Assembly (NCBI RefSeq): GCF_964213995.1
Contig: NW_027590802.1
Coordinates: forward strand, 62,001-126,000
DNA: 64,000 nucleotides
Direction: 5' to 3'
Source of the DNA: Mustelus asterias
Taxonomy: Eukaryota
Numbering within the stretch: the first letter of the stretch is position 1; the number at the start of each line of letters is the position of its first letter. The translations under genes and the position numbers were made by a program. Of the stretch, positions 60,485-64,000 are shown piece after piece. The notes under the pieces are model-generated. The model was given only the letters and a program-made list of their open reading frames with translations, did not search any database and was not told where the DNA came from.

Positions 60485-63400
60485 GAACATAGAACATCGA
60501 ACATTACAGCGCAGTACAGCCCCTTCGGCCCTCGATGTTGCGCCGACCAGTGAAACCAATCTAAAGCCCCTCTAATCTATACTATTCCAATATTATGTGT
60601 ATTAGGTGTATAAAATTATGAAAGGCATAGATAGGGTGAACGGTGGGAAGCTTTTCCCCAGGTCGGTGGTGACGTTCACGAGGGGTCATAGGTTCAAGGT
60701 GAAGGGGGGAGAGGTTTAACACAGATATCAGACGGACATATTTTACACAGAGGGTGGTGGGGGCCTGGAATGCGCTGCCAGGCAAGGTGGTGGAGGCAGA
60801 CACACTGGGAACATTTACGACTTATCTCGACAGCCATATGAACGGAGTGGGAATGGAGGGATACAAAAGAATGGTCTAGTTTGGACCAGGGAGCGGCGCG
60901 GGCTTGGAGGGCCGAAGGGCCTGTTCCTGTGCTGTATTGTTCTTTGTTCTTTGTTTTGTATTATCCATATGTTTATCCAATGACCATTTAAATGCTCTTA
61001 ATGTTGACGAGTCCACTACTGCTGCAGGCAGGGCATTCCACGCCCTTACTACTCTCTGAGTAAAGAACCTACCTCTAACATCTGTCCTACATCTCTTACC
61101 CCTCAATTTAAAGCTATGTCCCCTCGTGTTAGCCATCACCATCCGAGGAAAAAGGCTCTCACTATCCACCCTCTCTAATCCTCCGATCATCTTGTATGCC
61201 TCTATTAAGTCACCTCTTAACCTTCTTCTCTCGAACGAAAACAACCTCAAGCCATTCAGCCTTTCCTCATACGATTCTCCCACATACCAGGCAACATCCT
61301 GGTAAATCTCCTCTGCACCCTTTGCAACACTTCCACATCTTTCCTATAATGTGGCGACCAGAACTGTATGCAATCCTCCAAGTGCGGCCGCACCAGAGTT
61401 TTGTAGAGTTGCAGCATGACCTCCTGACTCCGAAACTCAATCCCTCTACCAATAAAAGCTAACACACTGTACGCCTTCTTAACAACCCTATCAACCTGGG
61501 TGCCAACTTTCAGGGATCTATGCACATGGACACCCAGATCCCTCTGTTCATCCACATTACCAAGTATCGTACCATTAGTCCAGTACTCTGTATTCCTGTT
61601 ACTCCTTCCAAAGTGAATCACTTCACACTTTTCCGCATTAAACTCCATTTGCCACCTCTCAGCCCAGCTCTGCAGCTTATCTATGTCCCTCTGTAACCTG
61701 CCACTTCCCTCCGCACTATCTACAACTCCACCGACTTTAGTGTCATCAGCAAATTTACTAATCCATCCTTCTATGCTCTCATCCACGTCATGAATAAAAA
61801 GGACAAACAGCAGTGGCCCCAAAACAGATCCTTGCGGTATACCACTAGTCGTTGAACTCCAGGATGAATATTTCCCAGCAACCACCACCCTCTATTTTCT
61901 TACAGCTGGCCAATTCCTGATCCAAACCACTCAATCACCCTCAATCCCATGTGTCCGTATTTTCTGCAAAGGCTTACCATGGGGAACCTTATCAAACGCT
62001 TTGCTGAAATCCATATACACCACATCATCCGTTTTCCCCTAATCCACCTCTTTGGTCACCTTCTCAAAGAACTCAATAAGGATTGTGAGGCACGACTTAC
62101 CCTTCACAAAACCGTGCTGACTATCCCTAATCAAATTATTCCTTTCCAGGTGATTATTAATCCGATCTCTTATAATCCTTTCCAATCCTTTGCCCACAAC
62201 AGAAGTAAGGCTCACTGGTCTATAATTACCAGGGTTGTCCCTACTCCCCTTCTTGAACAAGGGGACAACATTTGCTCTTCTCCAGTCTTCTGGCACTGTT
62301 CCTGTAGACAATGACGACCCAAAGATCAAAGCCAAAGGCTCTGCAATCTCCTCTCTAGCCTCCCAGAGAATCCGAGGATAAATCCCATCAGGCCCAGGGG
62401 ACTTATCTATTTTTATCCTTTCCAGAATTGCTAACACCTCCTCCTTATGAACCTGAATCCCATCCAGTCCAACAGCCTGCATCTCAGTACTCCCTTGGAC
62501 AACACTGTCCCTCTCCAGTGTGAATACCGACGAAAACTATTCATTTAGTGCCTCTCCTATCTCTTCAGACTCCACGCACAACTTCCCACTCCTGTCCTTG
62601 ACTGGCCCTAATCTTACCCTCGTCATTCTTTTACTCCTGACGTACCTATAGAAAGCGTTAGGTTTTTCCTTGATCCTACCTTCGAAAGACTTCTCATGTC
62701 CCCTCCTGGCTCTTCTTAACTCTTTGTTTAGGTCCTTCCTGGCTAACTTGTAACTCTCAAGTGCCCTAACTGAGTCTTCACGTCTCATCATAACATAAGT
62801 CTCCTTCTTCCTCTTCACAAGAGATTCAACCTCCTTAGTAAACCACGGTTCCCTCACACGTCTGCTTCCTCCCTGCCTGACAGGTATATATTTATCAAGG
62901 ACGCATCGCAGCTGTTCCTTGAACAAGTTCCACATTACAATTGTGCCCATCCCCTGCAGTTTCCTTCCCCAACCTATGCCAGCTAAATCTCGCCTAATCG
63001 CATCATAATTTCCTTTCCCCCAGCTATAACTCTTGCCCTTTGGTATATACCTATCCTTTTCCATAGCTAAGGTAAACGTAATCGAATTCTGGTCACTGTC
63101 ACCAAAGTGCTCACCTACCTCCAAATCTAACACCTGGCCTGGTTCATTACCCAGTACCAAATCCAATGTGGCCTCGCCTCTTGTTGTTCTATCTACATAC
63201 TGTGTCAGGAAGCCTTCCTGCACACATTGGACAAAAACCGACCCCTCTAAAGTACTCGAACTATAGCCTTTCCAGTCAATATTTGTAAAGTTAAAGTCCC
63301 CCAGTACAACTACCCTGTTACTTTCGCTCCTATCTAGAATCATCTTTGCAATCTTTTCCTCTACATCTCTGGAACTTTTTGGATGTCTATAAACAAAAGC

Positions 63401-64000
63401 TCCCAACAGGGTGACCTCTCCTTTCCTGTTTCTAACCTCAGCCCAAACTCCCTCAGTGGATGAGTCCTCATCAAACGTCCTTTCTGCCACTGTAATACTG
63501 TCCTTGACTAATGATGCCACACCTCCCCCTCTTTTACCACCTTCCCTGCACTTACGGAAACATCTGAACCCCGGGACCTGCAAAAACAATTCCTGTCCCT
63601 GCTCTATTCATGTCTCTGAGATGGCCACAACATCGAAATCCCAGGTACCAACCCATGCTGCAAGTTCACCCACCTTAATCCGGAAGCTCCTGGCGTTGAA
63701 GTATACACACTTCAAACCACCTTCCTGCCTGCCAGTACACTCCAGCGACCCTGAAACCTCATCCATGACCTCACTACTCTCAACCTCCTGCACACCGGAG
63801 CTACAATCCAGGTACCCACCACCCTGCTGAATTAGTTTAAACCCTTCCGAAGAGCATTAGCAAATCCCGCCCACGCCCCCCCCCCCCCCGCAAGATATTG
63901 GTACCCCTCTGGTTCAGGTGCAGACCATCCTGTTTGTAGAGGTCCCACCTACCCCAGAAAGAGCCCCAATTGTCCAGGTATCTGTAACCCTCCCTCCTGC
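60485..64000 (-). mobile_element. Decayed CR1 LINE running off the window; contains a + strand CR1 3' fragment at ~60597-60955
   Basis: Endonuclease and RT fragments in order; end of ORF1 near 63840. Confidence 0.88.

Overview
Cartilaginous-fish (shark) genomic DNA, judged from HE1-like V-SINEs, CR1/HER1-type LINEs and shark-type Ig/TCR sequences. The window appears to be part of a T-cell receptor alpha/delta V array that carries an immunoglobulin heavy-chain minicluster. The central object (10.7-19.1 kb, + strand) is an IgM-type gene with this layout: leader exon; a VH already fused in the germline to a D segment and ending in a 12-bp RSS; one JH with a 23-bp RSS; only one constant exon (Cmu1); then TM1 and TM2. 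Cmu2-4 and the secretory tailpiece are absent, yet every splice site and exon phase is intact. A single RAG join would give a membrane chain of about 279 aa with one V and one C domain (TCR-shaped), with an altered TM motif and an extra juxtamembrane Cys. Downstream, on the same strand, lie one intact TCR Valpha/delta (38.6-39.1 kb) and two V pseudogenes, one of them split by an ~8.7 kb nested retrotransposon stack. The rest is dense retroelement sequence: CR1 LINEs (one with an intact 970-aa ORF2), SINEs and Penelope-like elements with hammerhead ribozyme cores. There are also relics of a C2H2 zinc-finger gene and the first exon of a GPCR. All calls come from reading motifs by eye; no searches were run, and repeat boundaries are approximate.
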